The translations under genes and the position numbers were made by a program. Shown here one piece after another: positions 1 through 7,838 of a stretch of DNA of 64,000 nucleotides. The stretch comes from Anaerolineales bacterium. GTDB taxonomy: Bacteria; Chloroflexota; Anaerolineae; Anaerolineales; UBA11858. The stretch lies in NCBI GenBank assembly GCA_034520505.1, contig JAXHNK010000003.1, forward strand, positions 22,323-86,322, given 5' to 3'. The notes beneath the pieces were generated by a model. It saw nothing but the letters and a program-made list of their open reading frames with translations, was not told the DNA's origin and searched no databases. Within the stretch, counting starts at the first letter, position 1, and every line of letters begins with the position of its first letter.

Positions 1-1072
1 GGAACCTGTGGCAGAAATCAGCCTGGACTTTGTGGTCGCGGAAGGGCACGTCTTTCCCGTCCGTGATATCCGCCTCAACTTTTCAGCCCAGGGCCGGGTC
101 GAGGAGATTATGGTCCAGGAAGGTGAGCGGGTTGGTCAGGGGCAGATACTGATGCAGCTGGCCGACCGCGAGGGGGCAGAGGCTTCTCTGCGAACGGCCG
201 AGCTGGAGCTGATCCGCGCCCGGCAGGATTACGCTGATTTTCTGCGCACCTCAGACCTGGCCGCCGCCAAAGCCTGGGAGACTTATCTCAGCAGCCAGCT
301 GCGGCGGGCGGAGGCAGAACGGGCCTGGGAAGACCTGAACCTGGACCGCCTGGAAGAGGCTGTGGACGACGCCCGGATCGAGGTCCGGGAGCGTGAGGAA
401 GATCTGGAAGATGCCCGGGATGAGCTGGACAAGTATCAGGATGTCGACGAGGAAAACCAAGACCGGCAGGCGGCTGAAGATGAGGTGGAAGAAGCCCGGG
501 AAGAGCTGAATGAGGCCCGGCGCGATTTAGAAGAAGCGGTCCGGGAGATAGACAGCGTCCGCGCTGCCCTTGACGCTGCCCTGGCTGCTGAAGCCGAAGC
601 CCAGCGGGATTATGAACTGCTGCAGGATGAGGGTTTTGATCCGGACCAGCAGGCCGTCCTGGAAGCCCGGGTGGCGGCAGCCGAGGCCGGGGTGAAGGCG
701 GCCCGGGCCAGGCTGGAAAGCTATACGTTAACCGCGCCCTTCGCGGGGACGGTGACCGACATATTCCTGGAAGCGGGACAGTTCATCGGGCCGGATGCGC
801 CAGCCCTTCAACTGGCTGATCTGAGCGAATTCAGGATTGAAACCAGCGACCTGACTGAGCTGGAAGTGGTCAAGATCACCGAAGGTCAGGCGGTCGAAAT
901 CGCCCCCGACGCGCTGCCCGGAACCAGCCTGACAGGCCAAGTCGACCGGATCAGTCAATCTTTCCAGACCCAGGCCGGAGATATCATCTACACCGTGGTT
1001 ATCAGCCTGGATGAAACCGATCCGGATCTGCGCTGGGGGATGACGGTGGAGGTCACCTTCCCTACCGAGTGA
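1..1072 (+). CDS. HlyD-family periplasmic adaptor (membrane-fusion protein), 5'-partial at window edge
   Basis: The frame is open to base 1 (track ORF 8..1072). It has a barrel-sandwich-like motif GRVEEIMVQEGERVGQGQILMQL, a coiled-coil hairpin of about 200 aa rich in Glu/Ala/Arg, and then TAPFAGTVTDIFLEAGQFI, typical of efflux adaptors. Confidence 0.8.
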   Translation, partial: EPVAEISLDFVVAEGHVFPVRDIRLNFSAQGRVEEIMVQEGERVGQGQILMQLADREGAEASLRTAELELIRARQDYADFLRTSDLAAAKAWETYLSSQLRRAEAERAWEDLNLDRLEEAVDDARIEVREREEDLEDARDELDKYQDVDEENQDRQAAEDEVEEAREELNEARRDLEEAVREIDSVRAALDAALAAEAEAQRDYELLQDEGFDPDQQAVLEARVAAAEAGVKAARARLESYTLTAPFAGTVTDIFLEAGQFIGPDAPALQLADLSEFRIETSDLTELEVVKITEGQAVEIAPDALPGTSLTGQVDRISQSFQTQAGDIIYTVVISLDETDPDLRWGMTVEVTFPTE

Positions 1073-1267
1073 GCGCCCGGGGAAAATCTGCGGGACAGCT
1101 CAGGCCCTCCCCGGCGTTCCGCTCCGGGAGATAAATCGGGAAAACCTGAATCGGAATTCAGAACGGGAAGCGGGCAAACGCCCGTTCAGCAAACCCCGGC
1201 GGTTGTGAAGGCAGAGGTCACAGCTTCCGGGGTTTGAGGTCTGCCGTGGTGAGAGCTGGCTCGACGA

Positions 1268-1462
1268 TCAGCACTCTTTATAAACCACCAGCCTGACGTT
1301 CAGCTTCTGCTCCAGGGCCCGGACCTTCTCCAGCGCTTCTTCGGAGAGCTGGGCCATCTCCAGACCGGGCTCCATGGCGATCGCACAAACATCGAGCTCT
1401 TCCTCTAATTCCTCGATCAAACGCGCCTGATCCGCCGCCAGATGAGCAATTTTATAGGCCAT
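1268..1462 (-). CDS. small acidic hypothetical protein (64 aa), last cistron after moeA
   Basis: Minus-strand GAGGAGGAAAAAATG gives a strong SD at correct spacing. The protein is helical and Glu/Leu-rich and ends ...VVYKEC. No family recognised. Confidence 0.5.
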   Translation of the reverse strand: MAYKIAHLAADQARLIEELEEELDVCAIAMEPGLEMAQLSEEALEKVRALEQKLNVRLVVYKEC

Positions 1463-1539
1463 TTTTTCCTCCTCTTGATGAGCTGGTTTACTTTCATTCT
1501 ATCACCATCCCGGGTAATATCGTCCGGTGCTGAATATGC

Positions 1540-2745
1540 TCAGAATACTTGAGCCGGAACGATCGATCCTGCTTCTATGCTCACCACTCCTTCGGGAATC
1601 CTGACCACTGCATCGCTGTGAGCCATCATCTGCAGCCGGCTTTCATAATCAAGTGGGGTGAAGCTCATCCCCTCCATTCCCCCTTTATTTGACCCCAATT
1701 GCCCATGGATAAACTGGGTCCAAGCCCGCTGACCGCGGATGGTCTCGTTCAGAATTACCGGATAAATGGCCAAACCGGGATTGGCCCAGCCTGCCAGCTT
1801 CATAATTCCCGGCAAGGCCAGCTGGAGGAAAGCCATATGATTGGACGGCGGTCCTCCCGGAAGACAAAAAACTGGTTTTCTGCCCACCAATCCAAAACCC
1901 ACCGCTTTACCCGGCCCCATCCGCACCCGGTGATATGTTTTATCCCAACCCAGGTTTTCCAGCTCATCAACCACCAGATCTCGCTCCCCTTTCCAGGCTC
2001 CACCGCTGGTCAGCACAGCGTCATTTTCTTCCAGCGCTTTAACCAGATTGTCCCGCAATCTCTCTTCATCATCAGGAACTACTCTGGTGGAGACCTGAAA
2101 CCCAAATTTCCGGCACCAGGCTGCCAGAGTAACCAGATTGCTGGCAAATAATTTGCCTGCTTCCAAACGCTTTCCCGGAGCAATTACTTCATCTCCCGTG
2201 GCGATTAATCCAATCTTGGGGATGTGAATGACCGGAACCTCGGCAATGCCCGCAGAGGCCAAATAACCCACCAGAGTCGGCTGAAGGATTTCACCCCTGT
2301 TAAGCAGCTGCTGACCGGGTTTGACATCGGCTCCTTTAGGGAGCACGTTTCTCCCCGGTTTGGCCGTGTTCAGGGCGATGATTTGTTTTCCTTCTCGGCG
2401 AGTGAACTCCTCCGCCAGCACAGCCTGGGCACCTTCTGGAAGGGGAGCACCGCTGAGAATCCTCACCGCCTGTCCTTTCTGTACAACCCCCTCCCAATCC
2501 CCACCAGCCGAGATGCTGCCCACCAGATCAAGCCGGACTTCATGCCGGGGCGAAGCCCGGCTGACATCCTCGGAATGGACCGCAAACCCGTCCTTTAAGG
2601 AAACATCCAGCGACGGCGACCAGATGGCTGCGGTCAGTTCCTCTGCCGCTGCCCGGCCAACAGCTTCCATCACCGGTACATATTCTGCATCCAGCGCGGC
2701 GATCGAATCCAGGGTCAATCGGTAAGCCTCAGAAAAACCAATCAT
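1540..2745 (-). CDS. moeA: molybdopterin molybdotransferase MoeA
   Basis: 401 aa. MoeA-type N-domain (SLDVSLKDGFAV, RILSGAPLPEGA) and MoCF-biosynthesis domain (IGLIATGDE ... LTSGG). Overlaps mobB by 4 nt. Confidence 0.9.
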   Translation of the reverse strand: MIGFSEAYRLTLDSIAALDAEYVPVMEAVGRAAAEELTAAIWSPSLDVSLKDGFAVHSEDVSRASPRHEVRLDLVGSISAGGDWEGVVQKGQAVRILSGAPLPEGAQAVLAEEFTRREGKQIIALNTAKPGRNVLPKGADVKPGQQLLNRGEILQPTLVGYLASAGIAEVPVIHIPKIGLIATGDEVIAPGKRLEAGKLFASNLVTLAAWCRKFGFQVSTRVVPDDEERLRDNLVKALEENDAVLTSGGAWKGERDLVVDELENLGWDKTYHRVRMGPGKAVGFGLVGRKPVFCLPGGPPSNHMAFLQLALPGIMKLAGWANPGLAIYPVILNETIRGQRAWTQFIHGQLGSNKGGMEGMSFTPLDYESRLQMMAHSDAVVRIPEGVVSIEAGSIVPAQVF

Positions 2746-3251
2746 TTATTCTCCAGATAAGTACTCTCTACCAGATCTGCCAATGAGTCAACATCATTGA
2801 GGTCAAAGACAGGAACATCGACCTCCAGGTCCACATCCGCTGCAATCGCCAGACGCTGGTCTGGATCGCTGATCAGCGTCAGGCCGATTTCTTCCCGAAC
2901 CACCTCCAGGGATGGCTGATGAGCGCTCTTATAACCCTCAACCAGGATCAAATCCACCGCGGAAAACTCCTTCAGGATCTGATCAAAGGACATCTCTTCT
3001 GCCAATAAACGATAAGAAGCAATTTTATCCGGCGCAGCGATGATCACATGTTCGCTTCCCGCCCGGGCATGCCGCCAGCTGTCCTTCCCCGGTTTATCGA
3101 CATCAAAACCAGCGTGGGAATGATGCTTTAAGGTCCCGATCCTGTAGCCCCGGGCTTTCAGCTCCCCGATCATCTTCTCCATCAGGGTAGTTTTCCCTGC
3201 CTTTGATTTTCCAATGATAGTCACTACGGGTATCGCCATAACGCCTCCCAT
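2742..3251 (-). CDS. mobB: molybdopterin-guanine dinucleotide biosynthesis adaptor MobB
   Basis: 169 aa. Walker A GKSKAGKTT and MobB block GTLKHHSHAGFDVDKPGKDSWRH. Confidence 0.9.
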   Translation of the reverse strand: MGGVMAIPVVTIIGKSKAGKTTLMEKMIGELKARGYRIGTLKHHSHAGFDVDKPGKDSWRHARAGSEHVIIAAPDKIASYRLLAEEMSFDQILKEFSAVDLILVEGYKSAHQPSLEVVREEIGLTLISDPDQRLAIAADVDLEVDVPVFDLNDVDSLADLVESTYLENK

Positions 3252-3267
3252 TCTATTTAATCAGCCC

Positions 3268-3999
3268 TCAGGCTAAAATGACAAAGAACACAATCACAAC
3301 CAGCGCAGCGGGAAACACAACCCAGTCCCAGGTGCTGACCAACAGAGGCAGGGGACGGGTTTTTTCCGGTGAAAAAGCCCGCGATTCAGCGGCCAGCGCG
3401 ATTTCTTCTGCCCGGAGAAGCGCGTTGGAAATCGTGGTCAGCGCGAAGAGCCTGATCCCCCGCCACCACTTTCTTCTCAGACCGCCGCGCATCTTCAGGC
3501 AGCGCCAGGTCTGAGTACATGATCTTTTCAAGCAGGGCATGATATTCAAAGCCACTCCCATGGAAAAACCCAGCCCCTTTAATCCCAGGCGTTCCAAAAT
3601 TCCCGCCAGAGCAGCAATTTCGACATTGGCAGTGAGCCCTTCCAGGGCACCGATCACCACCAGAAAGCGGGAGGTGATCTGCAAAGCAGCCTGGACCCCG
3701 GTTGAGGAAAATCCCACTCCCAGGAAAGATAGATCCACGTCGCCTAAAAAGAAAACAGGGGGAACGGATAACAGGGCGAGGAGGATCAGGCGTCGTCCTG
3801 CCAACAGCCGGCGCCAGATTCCAGGATAAATCAAGAAGAGCACCAGCAGGCAAAATCCGGCTGCGTAAAGAATTAATTTTCCAGGAGTAAGCATCACCAT
3901 ACCCAGGGCCCAGGAAAAGATTCCGAGATGACCCACCGTCCCCAGGGAAAAACCTTTTCTATTCATGCTCATCCCCTCCTCCTCTAACTTCTGCTGCAT
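3268..3999 (-). CDS. ECF transporter transmembrane (T) component, CbiQ/EcfT-like
   Basis: 243 aa, multi-pass, with an Arg-rich cytoplasmic coupling region (LLRAEEIALAAESRAF). Last gene of an A-S-lipoprotein-T set. Confidence 0.7.
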   Translation of the reverse strand: MQQKLEEEGMSMNRKGFSLGTVGHLGIFSWALGMVMLTPGKLILYAAGFCLLVLFLIYPGIWRRLLAGRRLILLALLSVPPVFFLGDVDLSFLGVGFSSTGVQAALQITSRFLVVIGALEGLTANVEIAALAGILERLGLKGLGFSMGVALNIMPCLKRSCTQTWRCLKMRGGLRRKWWRGIRLFALTTISNALLRAEEIALAAESRAFSPEKTRPLPLLVSTWDWVVFPAALVVIVFFVILA

Positions 4000-4002
4000 C
4001 TT

Positions 4003-4446
4003 TTATCTCACCTGCAGTTCAGCAAGCAATCGAACGTTGAGTTTACCTTCTTCACCGGGAAGCACCATCCGGAAAGTGCCTTGATCACCATCCAGGGGAC
4101 CTTCTTCCCGGGCATAGGCTACCAGGACATCTTCTTGTTGGAAAATTTCCGGCGTGTAGGTCACGCTGTAACCATCCGCAGCTACAGCGGTCACCGTGGA
4201 GATTTCTCCTGATGCATAACCGCTTTCCTGAAGCAGTGCTATCAGAGGGACCCCGACATAAGTCTCACCTTCAAACTCTGACCGGGCTGCGCCCAGGGTC
4301 TGCATCTCCTCAACAGTATAAATGACTTCCCTCCCATCTCCAGTGATCAGCAGCTGATTGACTTCCTCTACCTGGGGGATACATCCGGAACAACCAATCA
4401 ACAACAGACCGAACAACAAAACATAAAAAGCTTTTCCTCTGATCAT
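4003..4446 (-). CDS. lipoprotein with short SUOX/YedY-like 'oxidoreductase molybdopterin-binding' type domain (tentative)
   Basis: 147 aa with lipobox LLIGC. The mature part shows the pattern GVPLIALLQESG...AADGYSV...DVLVAYA...GPLD...TFRMVLPGE, which I recall from small Mo-pterin-binding-fold proteins. Overlaps the S-component gene by 4 nt. Needs HMM confirmation. Confidence 0.55.
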   Translation of the reverse strand: MIRGKAFYVLLFGLLLIGCSGCIPQVEEVNQLLITGDGREVIYTVEEMQTLGAARSEFEGETYVGVPLIALLQESGYASGEISTVTAVAADGYSVTYTPEIFQQEDVLVAYAREEGPLDGDQGTFRMVLPGEEGKLNVRLLAELQVR

Positions 4447-5084
4447 CCGTCTTTTCTCCTCGAACTTGACTTTTCCTCAAACTCCACACCGCTCCTCCCC
4501 AGCCGTTGATAGAGCTGCCCTCCCAGCGTCCAACCTGTCCAACCGGCAAGAGCTCCGATCAGGAAATAAATAATCACCAACCCAGCCACAATCCACAACA
4601 CGGTATTTGTACCCAGTCCCAGCAGCCGGCTGCCGCTGCGCAGCAAATCCAGCCAGACATCCACAATCCCGCGCCCGAAAAGCAGCGGATTGGTGATAAA
4701 GGGCTGAACCAGCACCCACAGCACACCTGCTCCTCCGGCGAGGACCATGATACCCCGGTTGGGCCGGTCTTTAAGGGAGAGCACTGCCTCCGCCACTGCT
4801 GCTTCTGTGATAATGCCGACCATGGGTCCGATGACCACACCTCCCAGGGTGAATAATTTTAGCAGCGCAGCGATGACCCCGATGAAGAGCACTGAGCCTT
4901 TCTGCGGCACAAAGACCCGGCCGATCAAGGCAATGGTCAGCCCGATGGCAGCCAGGATCACCCCGCTGATCGGGATCCTGAGGGACTTCAAAACAGTACC
5001 CAGTGTCATTTCCGAAATCCCCCACAGGGTGCCAAAAACTGCCAGGGTCACCAGGTCTCTCGTGGAATAGTTCATAATAAACAC
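4443..5084 (-). CDS. ECF transporter substrate-capture (S) component, specificity unknown
   Basis: 213 aa, about 6 TM helices, Gly/Ala/Ile-rich, located between the ECF ATPase and T genes. No specific S family recognised. Confidence 0.6.
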   Translation of the reverse strand: MFIMNYSTRDLVTLAVFGTLWGISEMTLGTVLKSLRIPISGVILAAIGLTIALIGRVFVPQKGSVLFIGVIAALLKLFTLGGVVIGPMVGIITEAAVAEAVLSLKDRPNRGIMVLAGGAGVLWVLVQPFITNPLLFGRGIVDVWLDLLRSGSRLLGLGTNTVLWIVAGLVIIYFLIGALAGWTGWTLGGQLYQRLGRSGVEFEEKSSSRRKDG

Positions 5085-5099
5085 TCCTTCTTCAATTAC

Positions 5100-6536
5100 C
5101 TAGCTGACAGATCCCCTCATGGTAATCCTCCCCTCTTCCATCAGCAGCACTCGATCGGTATAATGATGGACCAGTTTGTAATCGTGAGATATCAGTAAAA
5201 TTGCTGTTCCCTGCTCGTTTAGCTGCCGGAGATAATTCATCAGCTGCTCCAGGTGACCCCAATCCTGACCCAATGTGGGTTCATCGAGGATCACCAGCCG
5301 GGGTTGAATCGCCACACAGGCAGCCAGCGCGGTGCGCAGCTGCTGTCCCAGGGAAAGGGTAATCGGTCGGCGGTCGACAAACAGCCGAAGATCAGTTTCC
5401 CTGAGCACTTTTTGGTGTCTTTCAGGGTCAAAACGACCGTAATTCCGGGAGGCGAATGCCACTTCTTCATCTACCGTATCAGCAAAAAGCTGTTCCCGGG
5501 GATCCTGAAATAAGAGGGCAACATCCAGACCGGGTCGGGGTTGTTTTTTGCCCTGGAAGTAAATTTTTCCTGATCGGGGTTTAACCAATCCGGCAGCGGT
5601 CAAAGCCAAAGTCGATTTCCCTGAACCATTATCACCCACCAGGGAGACAAACTCACCGGGATAGAGGGTAAGGTCAATATCCTTGATGATAATGTTTCTT
5701 CCATAACCAGCGCTGATTTTTTCCAGAGAGAGCAGGGGAAGACCAGGACGCTGCGCTGCCCTCCCATTGCCTTCGATCAGGCTGGCCCAGGAATTAAGCG
5801 GTTGATTTACGGGACGGCGCAGGCCGTATTGATCCCGGATGGCCGCATTTTCCAGCACCTCATCGGGGCTTCCCCAGGCTGCAAACCGGCCCTGATCCAT
5901 CACATACACCTGATCAAGATGAGGGAAAGCGCCTTGCAGTCGGTGTTCGACCATCAGGATAGTGACCCCATATTCCTCCTTCATCCTGGTCAGGGCATCG
6001 ATCACCTGATTCGTGCTGGAGACATCCAGAGAAGCAGTTGGCTCATCTAAGATCAGGATCCGGGGCTGCATGGCCAGCACGGCGGCAACTGCCACCAGCT
6101 GCTTCTGCCCGCCTGAAAGTTGATCCGGGCGTTTTTCTTGGAGGTGGGCTATACCAACCGTCTTCAGGGTCTCACTTACCAGGCGCTGGACTTCTGCTTC
6201 ATCTTTTCCCAGATTACGGAGGCCAAAAGCCACCTCTTCTCTAACGGTGAGATGGAACAGCTGGGAACTGGGATTTTGAAAAACCAGGCCCACCTTGCAA
6301 GCCAATTCATCCAGCGAGGCATCCTGGGTGTTCATCCCGTCCACCAGGATGCTGCCTTCCAGCTGACAGGATATGGCATGAGGGATCAAACCACTGAGCG
6401 CCTGGGCCAATGTGCTTTTTCCGCAGCCTGATGGTCCGGTAATCAAAACCCATTCTCCAGGGTTCACCTGCAGCGAAAGGTCTTTTATCACGCGCTCGTT
6501 TCCATAACTGATGGATAGATTCTCAACCCTGATCAT
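5100..6536 (-). CDS. ECF transporter ATPase, fused tandem ABC domains (EcfA-EcfA')
   Basis: 478 aa with two complete ABC cassettes: GPSGCGKST/LSGGQKQ/ILDEPT and GDNGSGKST/LSLGQQLR/ILDEPT. Confidence 0.9.
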   Translation of the reverse strand: MIRVENLSISYGNERVIKDLSLQVNPGEWVLITGPSGCGKSTLAQALSGLIPHAISCQLEGSILVDGMNTQDASLDELACKVGLVFQNPSSQLFHLTVREEVAFGLRNLGKDEAEVQRLVSETLKTVGIAHLQEKRPDQLSGGQKQLVAVAAVLAMQPRILILDEPTASLDVSSTNQVIDALTRMKEEYGVTILMVEHRLQGAFPHLDQVYVMDQGRFAAWGSPDEVLENAAIRDQYGLRRPVNQPLNSWASLIEGNGRAAQRPGLPLLSLEKISAGYGRNIIIKDIDLTLYPGEFVSLVGDNGSGKSTLALTAAGLVKPRSGKIYFQGKKQPRPGLDVALLFQDPREQLFADTVDEEVAFASRNYGRFDPERHQKVLRETDLRLFVDRRPITLSLGQQLRTALAACVAIQPRLVILDEPTLGQDWGHLEQLMNYLRQLNEQGTAILLISHDYKLVHHYTDRVLLMEEGRITMRGSVS

Positions 6537-6574
6537 ACTTTTGGTTGGACTCCTTTTCTTTCCTTCCTGATTTC

Positions 6575-6613
6575 AATGACAAAACGCCCACCAGGATACA
6601 TAACTGGCGAGCG
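6575..6613 (-). terminator. intrinsic terminator forming the expression platform of the upstream structured leader
   Basis: The minus strand reads CGCUCGCCAG-UUAUGUAUC-CUGGUGGGCG followed by UUUUGUCAUU. That is a 10-bp stem (2 G-U pairs), a 9-nt loop and a U-tract, 38 nt upstream of the ECF ATPase start. Confidence 0.6.
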
Positions 6614-6645
6614 TTTTACGCTGCTCGTTGTCTTTGTATCCTTTC

Positions 6646-6799
6646 CAATTCAATCCGCTCACCAGCAGATATCGGGAGGTCGGGACATTTCTGTTCCCTA
6701 CCCTCACTTTCCCCGTTATCCACCAGGGAAGGGTCGGCCCCTCAACCATAGCAGCAATCACCACGTTCTACCTTAGGTTGAAGGTCTCGGATTCGATTG
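6646..6799 (-). ncRNA. candidate Moco (molybdenum/tungsten cofactor) riboswitch aptamer
   Basis: A long closing helix pairs 6788-6799 with 6646-6657 (CAAUCGAAUCCG / CGGAUUGAAUUG). Next come CCGAG, then hairpin ACCUU-CAACCU-AAGGU followed by AGA, then AACGGGGAAAGUGAGGG, and later GACCUCCCGA. These resemble my memory of conserved Moco-motif blocks (CCGAG, hairpin, GGAUAG, GGAAAGG, CCUCC). The context is a mobB/moeA operon. Not verified with a covariance model. Confidence 0.5.
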
Positions 6800-7021
6800 T
6801 CAGCTCAGATCTTTAAGATCTCGTTTCACATCCTTCACTTCTTCCAGCACATCCAGCTCTGTTTTCAGCTCATCCGTAAGGCTGCTGAAGTAGGCTTTCA
6901 CCTCGCGGATCAATCTCCCACATTTCCGGGCCGTGATCGCAATCCGCTCCGGTCCGAGGACAAACACCGCCAGCAGCAGGATCAACATCAGTTCCGGACT
7001 GCCGATATCAAATATTTCCAT
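6800..7021 (-). CDS. tatA: twin-arginine translocase subunit TatA/E
   Basis: Start moved to the internal ATG preceded by GGAGG. MEIFDIGSPELMLILLLAVFVLGPERI gives a TM helix and Gly-Pro hinge, followed by an amphipathic helix and an acidic tail. Confidence 0.8.
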   Translation of the reverse strand: MEIFDIGSPELMLILLLAVFVLGPERIAITARKCGRLIREVKAYFSSLTDELKTELDVLEEVKDVKRDLKDLS

Positions 7022-7022
7022 C

Positions 7023-7340
7023 TTACTTCCTCCTCGCTGTCCTGGCCAGAATGATGCTGAAAACATATAAACCCAGTAAGGGCAGCATGACCAGCCCCAT
7101 GTTAACGGGATCCACCGTGGGGGTAATGGTCGCGGCCAGCACGGAAATCCTCACCAGGGCATAACGCCACCCAGCCAGCAGCTGCCCCGCAGTCACCACC
7201 CCCATTTTAGCCAACCCAAAAGCGATTAAAGGCATCTCAAAACTAAGGCCGATCCACAGCATCAGCTTGGTGACAAACTCAAAATAATTTTGCGGCCGCA
7301 CCTGGGTTGTAATCCCCGGAAAATTAGTTCTTAGATTCAA
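7023..7340 (-). pseudogene. tatC: tatC 3' fragment (C-terminal ~100 aa only)
   Basis: PGITTQVRPQNYFEFVTKLMLWIGLSFEMPLIAFGLAKMGVV...TPTVDPVNM matches the TatC TM4-TM6 region (E. coli GVQVSTDIASYLSFV...FGVSFEVPV..., recalled). The listed start is a TTG. The frame hits a stop 21 nt upstream at 7362-7364, exactly where GC content collapses. About 140 N-terminal residues are missing. Confidence 0.75.
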
Positions 7341-7640
7341 CTCATTAGTACAACAACAAGATCATTAAAATGATAAGCTGGAGTAGAACAGAGTGCCTTT
7401 CAAACGACCAGGTTTAAGGAGCACTCGTGAACACCTACAAACAGCTCGCTCTGTGTGCCTTTGGCAACCTAATTTCAACGATACCAGATATCTACCCTTT
7501 TGGAAAGTGATCAAAATTAAACGGAGATAGCCAAAATCATCAGGGGCAAAAATCTATTATTTGCTTAGAGCTAATATGGAACCGCAGCCAACGTGGATAT
7601 CATCCCAAACAACCTCATTGGAAAGCCATCAAGGGACACA

Positions 7641-7665
7641 GTTGGGATCGCAGAAGGATCCCAAC
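7641..7665 (-). terminator. perfect 9-bp hairpin downstream of the molybdoenzyme operon (possible terminator, no U-tract)
   Basis: GTTGGGATC-gcagaag-GATCCCAAC lies 175 nt past the stop of the 1071-aa gene. Neither strand has a T-run after it. Confidence 0.25.
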
Positions 7666-7838
7666 TCAAACGCGGGGCTGGATCGAGGAAAAGATTCGAC
7701 CAGACTGGAGCCCGGAATAAATCTCGATTGGGTTGAAGAAATCCATAAAAACCAATGGCCGAGAAAATGCTTGATTATCCTGGCACCTGAAATCGTGTTA
7801 TGCAAACTAAGTGATGGTACCCTTGAAACGAAGTTAGA

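Noticed and set aside
6646-6799. Cobalamin riboswitch upstream of the ECF (CbiO/CbiQ-like) genes
   Set aside because: I could not find the B12-box or the GCCACUG / GGUGA-AA-UCC core elements. The conserved-looking blocks fit the Moco motif better, and the operon carries mobB/moeA. The question remains open until a covariance-model search is run.
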